Assembly (NCBI RefSeq): GCF_936981045.1
Contig: NZ_OW441264.1
Span: forward strand, 240,001 to 272,000
Length of the DNA: 32,000 nucleotides
Source: Candidatus Saccharimonadota bacterium
Lineage (GTDB): Bacteria > Bacteroidota > Bacteroidia > Cytophagales > Amoebophilaceae
Direction of reading: 5' to 3'
In this document: positions 1 to 8,114 of the stretch, in pieces
Layout of the letters: every line of letters starts with the position of its first letter
Numbering within the stretch: the first letter of the stretch is position 1
Position numbers and translations under genes: made by a program
Notes under the pieces: generated by a model
Seen by the model: only the letters and a program-made list of their open reading frames with translations
Databases searched by the model: none
Told to the model about the DNA's origin: nothing

Positions 1-1095
1 TTGAAAAAAAGGCTCATTCATCGTTACATTTTTAACCCCAACCACATAGGAATTACCTAACTCCATAATTTTATCTACCAACTGAAAAGGATAACGATGG
101 GGCAACATTTTACTAATCTGCTTTACATCAAATAGCGGTGTAGCTTGTAGGTCACAAATGGGAGCTCCTTTTTGTTCTTGCATCCATACATGCTTTCTTA
201 AAGCCGCTACGAAACGTATGTTGGCGCTATGCCCAGGCTTATGGACCACCAGCTTCCCTTGCAGAGGCCTACCCAATAAGGCTACATCACCGATCAGGTC
301 TAATAATTTATGACGAGCTGGTTCATTGATATAGCGTAGAGAAGATAAACTAGACGGAGCAGGTGTTATCAAATTTTCAACCTGTTTACCAGATAATTGG
401 GTGACCTGCTGCAACCGTTCTGTATTATCGGTATGATCAGAGAAAATAACCGCTTTGATAGGATCGCCTCCCTGTAGCAACCCTTTGCGATACAAGGCAA
501 CGATGTCATCTAAATAGGTAAAAGTGCGGGCAGAAGCAATTTCTTTTTTAAAATGGGCTAATGTGGAGAGACTTGCATATTGATGCCCAATCGGCCATCT
601 GTTGTAAGCAATGGTCACATGCAAGTTATAATCTGTATCAGGATAGACTTTATAATGGCTGCCGGTATAAGGATCATGATAGACAAACTTTTCCTTGAGT
701 TTAAAAAACTTTCGGGAAGCTTCCTGTTGCAGCAGCCCTGCTTCTAATAGAAGATCTACAAAGGCTAATGCACTACCATCTATATCTGGCACTTCTGGTC
801 CATTTAGTTGGATGCAAATATTATCCACTTGCAACCCTACAATGGCCGCTAACAAATGTTCGACAGTAGCTACCCGTGCTTGATCTTTTTCAAGAACGGT
901 ACCTCTTTCTACTGCAATTGCATGGATTACCAATGCCTTTATAAAAGGCTGATCTGGAAGATCCACCCGTTGAAATTGTATGCCTGTATCAATGGGCATA
1001 GGGGCCAGTGTAACCTTAACCTTTCTACCCGTATGAAGCCCAATGCCTTCAAAACTAATGATACGTTGAATGGTCTGTTGTTGGCGTTGCATCAT
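1..1095 (-). CDS. lpxC/fabZ: Bifunctional LpxC/FabZ (UDP-3-O-acyl-N-acetylglucosamine deacetylase fused to 3-hydroxyacyl-ACP dehydratase). The C-terminal part lies beyond base 1.
   Basis: Hand translation of the minus strand. ATG at 1095-1093, with an in-frame TAA just upstream at 1107-1105. I checked every plus-strand triplet in this frame for tta/cta/tca and found none down to base 1 (365 codons). N-terminus [32 protein letters not shown]; internal [18 protein letters not shown] and [11 protein letters not shown] (LpxC-like). [13 protein letters not shown]...NEPFFQ (FabZ N-terminal signature) follows at the window edge. Absent from the supplied ORF track because it is edge-truncated. Confidence 0.9.
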   Translation of the reverse strand, partial: MMQRQQQTIQRIISFEGIGLHTGRKVKVTLAPMPIDTGIQFQRVDLPDQPFIKALVIHAIAVERGTVLEKDQARVATVEHLLAAIVGLQVDNICIQLNGPEVPDIDGSALAFVDLLLEAGLLQQEASRKFFKLKEKFVYHDPYTGSHYKVYPDTDYNLHVTIAYNRWPIGHQYASLSTLAHFKKEIASARTFTYLDDIVALYRKGLLQGGDPIKAVIFSDHTDNTERLQQVTQLSGKQVENLITPAPSSLSSLRYINEPARHKLLDLIGDVALLGRPLQGKLVVHKPGHSANIRFVAALRKHVWMQEQKGAPICDLQATPLFDVKQISKMLPHRYPFQLVDKIMELGNSYVVGVKNVTMNEPFFQ

Positions 1096-1123
1096 AAAGA
1101 TCTTTTAAAAAGGATTTTATATG

Positions 1124-1149
1124 ATACTTTTTGCTTGATCAAAAAGTAT
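1124..1149. repeat. Palindrome ATACTTTTTGCTTGATCAAAAAGTAT (10 bp arms, 6 nt spacer), 29-54 nt upstream of the lpxC/fabZ start. It belongs to the same family as the copies at 5675-5729.
   Basis: Read directly. Arms 1124-1133 and 1140-1149 are reverse complements. The core CTTTTTGCT(T/C)GAT recurs at 5677-5689 and 5709-5721. Confidence 0.6.
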
Positions 1150-1273
1150 CCAAAAAATCAAGCCCTGTCTAAAAAGCTGCTGAAAGCCCAGTTTAGAGCT
1201 GGAAAAGCAGAAGCCACCCTGCACACTCTCCCACTAAACTGTTTTTCTTTTCATCTGTAAGCTGCGCTTTCTG

Positions 1274-1310
1274 ATCGCCCCTTTTTAAAAGGGGCGATTT
1301 TTCTTGTTTT
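1274..1310 (+). terminator. Rho-independent terminator-like hairpin oriented for the plus strand, with no plus-strand gene to terminate
   Basis: ATCGCCCCTTTT (1274-1285), a central T, then AAAAGGGGCGAT (1287-1298) form a perfect 12 bp inverted repeat with a GC-rich base. It is followed by TTTTCTTGTTTT (1299-1310). There is no A-run on the left side, so it is not a canonical minus-strand terminator. Confidence 0.5.
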
Positions 1311-1396
1311 ATTCTATATTTAATAATCAGTAACGTTTATGCCTAAAAATTGACGCCATTGGCTCAGTGTATAGGGGTATTGTCGTCCTGGATAAA

Positions 1397-2398
1397 ACTT
1401 GAGTTCGGGATTAGCTTGTTAAAAAATAGCTTTAAAAAGCTCCTTTGTGTTTTAAATTTGGAGATAAAAAAATACTAACCAGATTATCCAAAGGAGCCAG
1501 TTATGAATGTAGAAAAATTAGTTGAAATATATTATGCTGTTGATGAATTTCTCATAAAGTTTATGCCGTATATGGAAAAACAACTGTTAACCAACTCTAA
1601 AAGAAAACCTACTAGAACTTGTTCATTAACTTTGGGTGAAATAATGACTATTCTTATTGCCTTTCATGTGATTGGTTTTAGAAATTTTAAGTCTTATTAT
1701 ATTCATTTACAGCAATTTCATTCTAGTAAATTTGGAAAGTTAGTAAGCTAGAATAGATTTATAGAACTGATCCAAAGAACGTTAGTTCCCTTGTACTGTT
1801 TTACACAAAGTCTTTCTAAAACAAAAACAGGTTGTTATTTTATGGATGCAACAGCCATCAAGGTTTGCCATATCAAAAGAGCCTATACGCACAGGGTTTT
1901 TAAATCGATTGCTACTAAAGGTAAAACCAGCATCGGTTGGTTTTTTGGATTAAAGTTGCACTTGATAGTCAATGATTTAGGAGAAATCATGAATTTTCGA
2001 CTGACCACAGGTAAAACTAATGATAGGCTTCCTGTAGAAAATTTATGTAAACACTTCATGGGTAAAATGTTTGCCGATAAAGGTTACATAAGCAAAGATT
2101 TATTTAAAAAACTGATCGAGAAAGGCGTGGAACTCATTACCCAGATCAGAAAAAATATGAAAAATTCTTTTATGCCACTCTGGGATAAACTGATGCTTAG
2201 AAAACGATCTATAATTGAAACTATTATAGATCATCTCAAAAATATTAGCCAGATAGAACATTCCAGGCATAGAAGCATACCTAATTTTCTAGTCAATTTG
2301 ATAGCTGGAATTACAGCTTATGCACTAAAAGAGAAAAAACCTTCTATAACTAATATATATATGACTGGTTCACAATACGTCTAATCCCGAACTGAAGT
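1397..2398 (+). mobile_element. IS982-family insertion sequence (~1.0 kb) inserted between lpxD and lpxC/fabZ, antisense to them
   Basis: Terminal inverted repeats: ACTTGAGTTCGGGATTAG (1397-1414), and CTAATCCCGAACTGAAGT (2381-2398), whose reverse complement is ACTTCAGTTCGGGATTAG (17 of 18 match). They enclose a DDE transposase reading frame with IS982-type motifs. No clear target-site duplication was seen. Confidence 0.85.
1503..2384 (+). pseudogene. IS982-family transposase interrupted by a single in-frame TAG (1749-1751)
   Basis: Track ORFs 1503..1751 and 1791..2384 are in the same frame (both starts are 0 mod 3). Read-through gives ...FGKLVS*NRFIELIQRTLVP... The expected IS982 motif at this point is (S)Y(S/N)RF(V/I)EL, so TAG probably replaces a Tyr codon (TAT/TAC). 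Downstream motifs: DATAIKVCHIKR, KGKTSIGWFFGLKLHLIVN, GKMFADKGYIS, LITQIRKNMK, LRKRSIIETIIDHLKNISQIEHSRHRS. Confidence 0.8.
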
Positions 2399-2478
2399 GC
2401 TAAATTCCTTTATTGAGGGCCATAAGCGGGGGGCACACTAACGATCCATACACACAGCTGCTCCACTACTTTTAGGGG

Positions 2479-3507
2479 CTAATGCTCCTTTCTTGCTGGC
2501 GTCAGATTTTTAAATCGAGCATAGCAATATAAGAATTTTTTATTTTCAAAAGCAGGTGTACCGGAAAGGGTAATATGTCCTTTTTGAAAGGAGCGGGTAA
2601 TACCGGCTCGACCAATGGCTGTAATATGGTCTCCCAAATGGAGGTGACCCGCAATACCTGTTTGACCACCCAACCTACAATAATCACCTACCTTAGTGGA
2701 TCCAGCAATCCCTACCTGTGCCGCAATACCGGTATGCTTGCCGATTTGAACATTATGGCCCACTTGAACCAAGTTATCTATCTTAGTCCCTTTGCCTACT
2801 ATGGTGCTACCTACAGTAGCCGCATCTATAGTGGTATGGGCACCAACTTCCACATCATCCTCTAGTCGTACATTACCAATTGAAGGGATAGCTTTATAGC
2901 TACCATCCGGATGGCTTAAAAAGCCAAAACCTGCACTACCTATTACGGCACCGGAATGGATGACACATCGACTACCTATCACCGTATAAGCCACTATTTT
3001 AGCCCCACTATAGAGTACCGTATGGTCTCCAATGGTTACATAATCTCCCACATAAACATGTGGATAAATTTTTACCCCTTTGCCTATAACCACATGGTGG
3101 CCAATATAGGAAAAAGCCCCTCGGTAAATATCTTCCCCTACCGTAACCTGCTGGCCTATATAAGAGGGAAATTCTATGCCGCACTTGGGGGCCATGCTTT
3201 GCTGTTGCACTTCCTCTATGAGGAGACAAAAACAACCATAAGGATCTTGTACACCAATCAAGGCAGCTGCTACCGGTCCAACGGGTTTAAAATCTTTGGC
3301 TACCAAAATAGCAGAAGCTTGGGTTTGATAAAAATCAGCAGCATATCTGGCATCAGCAAAAAAACCAATACCGCCAGAACGCGCTTCTGTCAATGGACAA
3401 AGATGGGTTAAGGTTGCATCTCTACTACCACTTAACAGTTTCCCATTAAACCGCTCTACTAATTCCGATATGGTCCATTGCATGGTACTTATTTTAGCTG
3501 AAGGCAT
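2479..3507 (-). CDS. lpxD: UDP-3-O-(3-hydroxyacyl)glucosamine N-acyltransferase
   Basis: 342 aa track ORF. The N-terminal LpxD-type domain (ISELVERFNGKLLSGS...LCPLTEA...GGIGFFADARY) is followed by long left-handed beta-helix hexapeptide repeats (IGxxVxIG periodicity). Its position next to lpxC/fabZ is the usual Bacteroidota lipid A arrangement. Confidence 0.93.
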   Translation of the reverse strand: MPSAKISTMQWTISELVERFNGKLLSGSRDATLTHLCPLTEARSGGIGFFADARYAADFYQTQASAILVAKDFKPVGPVAAALIGVQDPYGCFCLLIEEVQQQSMAPKCGIEFPSYIGQQVTVGEDIYRGAFSYIGHHVVIGKGVKIYPHVYVGDYVTIGDHTVLYSGAKIVAYTVIGSRCVIHSGAVIGSAGFGFLSHPDGSYKAIPSIGNVRLEDDVEVGAHTTIDAATVGSTIVGKGTKIDNLVQVGHNVQIGKHTGIAAQVGIAGSTKVGDYCRLGGQTGIAGHLHLGDHITAIGRAGITRSFQKGHITLSGTPAFENKKFLYCYARFKNLTPARKEH

Positions 3508-3552
3508 TATAAAACAACTTCCAAATTAATTTACACAAATTATCCCTTTTAG

Positions 3553-5475
3553 TTAAACCACAACACCCATCGTAGCCACCTCCGTACAAATTTGCTTCAT
3601 AAAGTCATTTAACGCCATAGTGATTTGCCCATCTTGTTTTCGAACCGAAACGGTTTCATCTGCCATTTCTTTTTCCCCAACCACTACAATATAGGGGACT
3701 TTGCGCAATGTGGCCTCACGGATTTTTTTCCCAATGGTCTCATTCCGGCTATCTAATGTAGCACGCATACCCTTTTCCAATAGCTTTTGCTGTACAACCG
3801 TACCATAACCATTATATTTATGAGAAAGAGCCAAAAGAGCTACTTGTTCTGGGGCTAGCCAAAGTGGAAACTTTCCACCGGTATGCTCAATAAGAATGGC
3901 TATAAACCGCTCCAGAGAACCAAATGGCGCACGATGGATCATAACGGGTCGATGCTTCCCACCATCAGCTCCCATATAGGTCAAATCAAACCGAATGGGC
4001 AATTGGTAATCCAATTGCACGGTACCCAATTGCCAACTCCGTCCTAAAACATCTTTCACCATAAAATCGACCTTTGGACCATAAAAAGCAGCTTCACCAA
4101 GCACAGTAGTAGCTTGTAAACCCTTCTCTTGGGCAATGGCTTGAATCGCTGCTTCGGCCAAATCCCAATCCTTCGACTCCCCTATATATTTATCGCTATT
4201 AGGGTCTCTAAAAGAGAGTTGCGCAGTATAGTCCTTAAAACCCAATAAACCAAATATATAAAGCACCAAATCAATTACTTTAGCAAACTCTTCTGGCACT
4301 TGATCTGAACGGCAGAAAATATGAGCATCATCTTGCGTAAAACAACGGGTTCTGGTCAATCCATGCAAGGCACCATGTAACTCGCAACGATAGACGGTTC
4401 CAAATTCTGCCAAACGTATGGGTAGCTCTTTATAAGACCAGGGTATACTATTGTAAATCTCACAATGATGGGGGCAATTCATAGGCTTTAAGAGATACTC
4501 TTCTTCAGCTTCAGCAGTACGAATGGGTTGAAAACAATCTTCTTGATACTTTTCATAATGACCAGAGGTGATATACAGTGCCTTATGGCCAATATGAGGG
4601 GTAACTACCGGCCGATACCCACGTTTGATTTGCTCCTTTTTAAGAAACTGCACCAAGGTATCACACAATAGCGCACCATTAGGCAACCAAAGAGGCAGAC
4701 CTAGGCCTACTTTTTCTGAAAAGGTAAACAAGCCAAGGGCTTTTCCGATCTTTATATGACTTCTTTTTTGGGCTTCTTCTCTAATATGGAGAAAATTAGA
4801 AAGTTCTTTTTTAGTTGGAAAGGTAATGCCATAGATACGGGTAAGCTGTTTATTTTTTTCATTGCCACGCCAGTAGGCTCCTGAAACATTTAAAATTTTA
4901 GCAGCCTTAACCCATGCAGTATGCGGAAGATGAACACCTTTACACAAATCTATAAAATCGCCTTGTTGGTATAAGGTAATCGTACCATCCTTTAACCCTT
5001 CTAGTAGTTCTAACTTATAAGGATCTTCTTTTTTACTAAAAAAGTCAACTGCTTCTTGTTTGGAAACTACTCGACGGATAAATGGATCTTTTCGCTGGGC
5101 CAGCGTAATGATTTTTTTTTCTATAGCTTCTAGGTCTAAAGCATCAGCCGCATAGACACCTAAGTCTACATCATAATAGAATCCCTGTGCAATAGGAGGA
5201 CCTATACCAAATTTAACACCAGGATAAAGGAGCTCCAAAGCTGCCGCCAAAAGGTGCGCAGAAGAGTGCCAAAAGAGCTGCTTGCCTGCATCATCGTCCC
5301 ATCTAAGAAAACGAAGGGGGGCATCTATTTCAATAGCACGGGTCAAGTCATAGACTTCCTCATTGACCTGAACCGCTAAAATGTCCATTTGCATCCCCAA
5401 CTGTTGGGCAATATGTAAACCAGTAATCCCTTTGGGAAATGACCTTATCTGGCCATCAATTAGAATGTGAATCAT
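3553..5475 (-). CDS. thrS: Threonine--tRNA ligase
   Basis: 640 aa track ORF. It has a TGS-like N-terminus, the editing-domain motif FWHSSAHLLAAAL, class II core motifs (MNCPHHCEIY, RLAEFGTVYRCE, TQDDAHIFC, FYGPKVDF, RPVMIHRAPFGSLERF) and a C-terminal anticodon-binding domain. Confidence 0.96.
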   Translation of the reverse strand: MIHILIDGQIRSFPKGITGLHIAQQLGMQMDILAVQVNEEVYDLTRAIEIDAPLRFLRWDDDAGKQLFWHSSAHLLAAALELLYPGVKFGIGPPIAQGFYYDVDLGVYAADALDLEAIEKKIITLAQRKDPFIRRVVSKQEAVDFFSKKEDPYKLELLEGLKDGTITLYQQGDFIDLCKGVHLPHTAWVKAAKILNVSGAYWRGNEKNKQLTRIYGITFPTKKELSNFLHIREEAQKRSHIKIGKALGLFTFSEKVGLGLPLWLPNGALLCDTLVQFLKKEQIKRGYRPVVTPHIGHKALYITSGHYEKYQEDCFQPIRTAEAEEEYLLKPMNCPHHCEIYNSIPWSYKELPIRLAEFGTVYRCELHGALHGLTRTRCFTQDDAHIFCRSDQVPEEFAKVIDLVLYIFGLLGFKDYTAQLSFRDPNSDKYIGESKDWDLAEAAIQAIAQEKGLQATTVLGEAAFYGPKVDFMVKDVLGRSWQLGTVQLDYQLPIRFDLTYMGADGGKHRPVMIHRAPFGSLERFIAILIEHTGGKFPLWLAPEQVALLALSHKYNGYGTVVQQKLLEKGMRATLDSRNETIGKKIREATLRKVPYIVVVGEKEMADETVSVRKQDGQITMALNDFMKQICTEVATMGVVV

Positions 5476-5674
5476 TTATTCTATCATCTGCTATTATACG
5501 ATGCACCACGTGACGCATATCAAAGGTGTATCCGGGATTAAGAAGTAAAAAAGCCGTTAAATACAGAGTGGGCTATTGGCTTTAAATTTAGAGATCAACT
5601 TACATTATTTAATATATGTAAAGCACCCAGCTACGAATTTAATACAATTCATAAAATTAAAGGAGTAGTTATCT

Positions 5675-5729
5675 GACTTTTTGCTCGATTAAAGGAACGT
5701 ATATACTACTTTTTGCTCGATCAAAAAGC
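5675..5729. repeat. Two further copies (one degenerate, one palindromic) of the CTTTTTGCTCGAT motif family, upstream of thrS
   Basis: 5675-5695 GACTTTTTGCTCGATTAAAGG is a half copy. 5708-5729 ACTTTTTGCTCGATCAAAAAGC has arms CTTTTTG/CAAAAAG and spacer CTCGAT. The same 13-mer core occurs at 1127-1139 with one mismatch. Confidence 0.55.
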
Positions 5730-5745
5730 TTATATCTTAGTATTA

Positions 5746-5985
5746 ACGTGAGTGCGGGATTTATTTGACTGATTTACAACAATTTAATATCAATTATTTA
5801 GTTAATATTTGCACCTATTTAACAAGTTTTTATATCTAATTTTATAAATATAATATATATAATAAACTGATTATAAGAATTATTTGTTATTCAACTACCT
5901 ATTTAACTGTCTATAAAACAAATTTTATAAATTTTTATTAATATTGATTATCAAATGAAAAAATAATCTAATCCCGAACTCACGT
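5746..5985. mobile_element. MITE-like non-autonomous element (~240 bp, very AT-rich, non-coding) with IS982-type terminal inverted repeats
   Basis: The left end is ACGTGAGTGCGGGAT (5746-5760). The right end is ATCCCGAACTCACGT (5971-5985), whose reverse complement ACGTGAGTTCGGGAT matches 14 of 15. The core GAGT(T/G)CGGGAT equals the TIR core of the IS at 1397-2398. The interior has no ORF. No clear target-site duplication. Confidence 0.55.
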
Positions 5986-6077
5986 GAAAAAAGTACTTTA
6001 TGAACACATAACTAAAGGGATAAACCTGAACGAAGAATACAAGAAAATCAGCTTTATTTGTTTGAAACTATCAAGCA

Positions 6078-6108
6078 GTCTAATCCAAAACTAAAAGAAA
6101 TAATCCCG
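6078..6108. repeat. Two degenerate IS982-end-like relics in the same orientation as the right ends at 2381 and 5968
   Basis: 6078-6097 GTCTAATCCAAAACTAAAAG against the IS right end 2379-2398 GTCTAATCCCGAACTGAAGT (16 of 20 match). 6101-6108 TAATCCCG is an exact 8-mer of the TIR core. Confidence 0.4.
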
Positions 6109-6242
6109 TCAGTAGCTGAAAAATTCAGACAAAGGGAAACTAGAACTGGACAATTTTATAGTTCGTGTCAAGTTTTATATGCATTTTCCATACGTGAAAG
6201 GTTATCAACGAGCTGGTCTTTCTGTTGCATGCTGCACATTTC

Positions 6243-6722
6243 TTACTTTACAAGATTGATATCAGCTTTTGGGTAGTATGAGCAGGTTGGGAAGTTGAGA
6301 CCTTCTGCTGAGCATTGCGCTTGTGGTAACTGTTCCTGTTGCAGGAACAGTTGCTCAAGCTTAGGCAGATCTTCGGTTACTTTGGCCAATAATTGATTAG
6401 ACTGATCTGGTGTCGATTTTGATGCTATTTTACTGATATTCTGTTGCACCACTTACTCAAACAGTGGCTGTGCAATTAGTTATCTTGTAGCTAACTTTTT
6501 ATGGACTGTTTGTATGGCTTGCGTATATAACTTAGGATCTTCCACTGTATCGGATACAGCTTTTTCAATACCACAAGCTTGGGCATGGTCTAACACCTTA
6601 TCCATAAATGCATCTACTAAATCACGCGATCGTATACCCAATTTGATATCTATTTCTGGATTATAGCATTGAGCTTTAGGAGCTTTTAGACTGTACCCTG
6701 TCCATGTATACTCGGAAGACTC
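6243..6722 (-). pseudogene. Probable remnant of an unidentified gene downstream of the MFS gene: a start-less open frame (6722-6483) plus track ORF 6452-6243, in the same frame and separated by two stops
   Basis: The minus-strand frame is open from just after a TAA at 6725-6723 to a TAA at 6482-6480. It reads ESSEYTWTGYSLKAPKAQCYNPEIDIKLGIRSRDLVDAFMDKVLDHAQACGIEKAVSDTVEDPKLYTQAIQTVHKKLATR, with no ATG near its beginning. A second TAA lies at 6455-6453, followed by the GTG-started 69 aa track ORF in the same frame. I do not recognise a family. Confidence 0.3.
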
Positions 6723-6742
6723 TTATATTTAAGAAGAAATTG

Positions 6743-8002
6743 CTATTCTGTAAAATTTTCTAACACTATATAACTTAGCATAAGGGATATGCCAGATAAC
6801 AATAGTATAAGGTTGCAATTCAGAATCATTAACTTCCCTATAAATAGCCCAGCAATAAAGAAACCCATGGAAGCTATTTGCCCGCTACTACCGATTATCT
6901 TGCCTTGACTTTCTTTGCTTACGCTACCAGCAAATAAGTTGGTAAATCCTAATGTAGAAAATGGAGTAAATATATAAAATAATATTGCTATTATCCATGT
7001 AATATACAGGTGATCTGTTACAGATAAACATGATATGATTTGTCTGGAAATTGAACCAAATATTAATAATAGGGCAGTGACGAGTAGTGATAACTTGATT
7101 TGAGTTTTATAAGTAATGTACTTAACCATTAGTTTTTGTAATGAATACATGCTCATTGCCATAGTTATGAACATGACTATAAAGAATATACCAATCTTAT
7201 TAGGTGTATAACTATGGTTATATGCTAGATACAGTGATAGTGATTCTACAAATAGCCCAAAACCAAGCATAAATAATAAATAGCTAAAAGCCAACTTGAT
7301 TAAGTATGGGGTACCAAATATATATGTTAATGAAGTTGCTATCGACCTTAGAGCATGTAATAGATTAAAGCAAGATTTATTGGGTGTCATCTCCATATGG
7401 TACTTTATGTTAATTTTCCTAAAGCTATTCCATAGTAGCAGGAGGTTAGCTATGCTAAGTATACAAACGATAACAAATGGAATAATTAATGGATTGGCCA
7501 TATTTATTTGACTGATGCATATAGATAATCCGGGACCTAATATAAAACCCAACATAGATGCAAGCATGGGTAACTTAAAATTATTCATTCTGTCCTGTTC
7601 ATTATCAGATATATAACTAATTAAGGCATTACCTACTGCATAAGTACCAGATAAAAATCCACTTAAGCATATGCTCAGTAGAAATAACCATATATTATGG
7701 GTTGCTATTGCAGCTATACTTAATAGGCTATTCATTACTAATCCTATCAATCCATATAGGATAATTTTACTTTTCTCATACCTATCTGATAGCGCTCCTA
7801 ATATTGGCATGCCAACCATACTTGATAAAGGAAATAAAGCAAGCGTTAGGCTATACAATGTCTCATATGCGCAGCATATATTGTCAATTTTTAGTCCAAG
7901 CTTACGATTCATAAATAACTCTGGAAGTATAGGAAACAGTAAACCACTGTTTATTCCATCGATAAGTAACATCAAACAAATGCTGTATAAGAGAGGTTTC
8001 AT
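6743..8002 (-). CDS. Major facilitator superfamily transporter (DHA1/TetA-like, ~12 TM), the likely exporter of the NRPS product
   Basis: 419 aa track ORF, hydrophobic throughout. The MFS motif A region is GMPILGALSDRYEKSKIIL (compare GxLSDRxGRK). It lies last in the minus-strand MbtH-PPTase-MFS gene string. Confidence 0.8.
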   Translation of the reverse strand: MKPLLYSICLMLLIDGINSGLLFPILPELFMNRKLGLKIDNICCAYETLYSLTLALFPLSSMVGMPILGALSDRYEKSKIILYGLIGLVMNSLLSIAAIATHNIWLFLLSICLSGFLSGTYAVGNALISYISDNEQDRMNNFKLPMLASMLGFILGPGLSICISQINMANPLIIPFVIVCILSIANLLLLWNSFRKINIKYHMEMTPNKSCFNLLHALRSIATSLTYIFGTPYLIKLAFSYLLFMLGFGLFVESLSLYLAYNHSYTPNKIGIFFIVMFITMAMSMYSLQKLMVKYITYKTQIKLSLLVTALLLIFGSISRQIISCLSVTDHLYITWIIAILFYIFTPFSTLGFTNLFAGSVSKESQGKIIGSSGQIASMGFFIAGLFIGKLMILNCNLILLLSGISLMLSYIVLENFTE

Positions 8003-8114
8003 TTTAATTATTTATTCTATTTTATTTATTGGTGTTTTGGAATTACCATTGTGGATTCTTGCAGGGGCACTTTATACTATGTAAGTACTTATATGCTTAT
8101 AATTGCCATTAATA

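Noticed and set aside
1189-1241. SRP-RNA-like string GCTGGAAAAGCAGAAGCC (1198-1215), resembling the conserved CCGGAAGGAAGCAGCC of 4.5S RNA
   Set aside because: The sequence between the CAGTTTAG/CTAAACTG stem arms does not fold by eye into the SRP domain IV helix (no matching 3' strand or symmetric loop). The GGAA lies in a 5-nt loop context. This is too weak to call an ffs gene, and only a covariance-model scan could revive it.
695-1260. Track ORFs 695..883 (+) and 856..1260 (+)
   Set aside because: Both lie antisense to the well-supported lpxC/fabZ frame. Their translations are low-complexity and Cys-rich with no recognisable motifs, so they are shadow ORFs. The terminator after 1260 is reported separately.
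1397-1414. Resemblance of the IS terminal repeat (GAGTTCGGGATTAG) to a tRNA T-arm (GGTTCGAATCC)
   Set aside because: There is no acceptor stem, D-arm or anticodon arm in the flanking sequence. The same sequence occurs as inverted copies bracketing a transposase, so it is a TIR and not a tRNA fragment.
1749-1751. The in-frame TAG in the transposase as programmed read-through or recoding
   Set aside because: IS982-family transposases are not known to use stop-codon read-through. The TAG sits where homologues carry Tyr (TAT/TAC), so a single-base nonsense mutation is the simplest reading. It would need revisiting only if all genomic copies share the TAG.
2502-3411. Track ORFs 2502..2687 (-), 2575..2865 (+), 2956..3411 (+) and 3008..3235 (-)
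   Set aside because: All overlap lpxD in alternative frames or on the opposite strand. The periodic hexapeptide-repeat coding sequence of lpxD typically produces long spurious open frames, and none has a recognisable motif.
5700-5735. The hairpin upstream of thrS as a tRNA-Thr anticodon-arm mimic (autoregulatory operator as in E. coli thrS)
   Set aside because: On the mRNA strand the loop reads AUCGAG and lacks an NGU Thr anticodon. The same palindrome also sits upstream of lpxC/fabZ, so it is not specific to thrS.
6058-6276. Track ORF 6058..6276 (+), 72 aa with a TTG start
   Set aside because: It has no recognisable family, overlaps IS-end relics at its 5' end and the minus-strand ORF at its 3' end, and sits in a decayed junction. 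I do not call it a gene.
7296-8084. Track ORFs 7296..7511 (+) and 7671..8084 (+)
   Set aside because: They are antisense to the MFS transporter gene. Their hydrophobic, low-complexity translations are mirror images of a membrane-protein gene, and no independent support exists.
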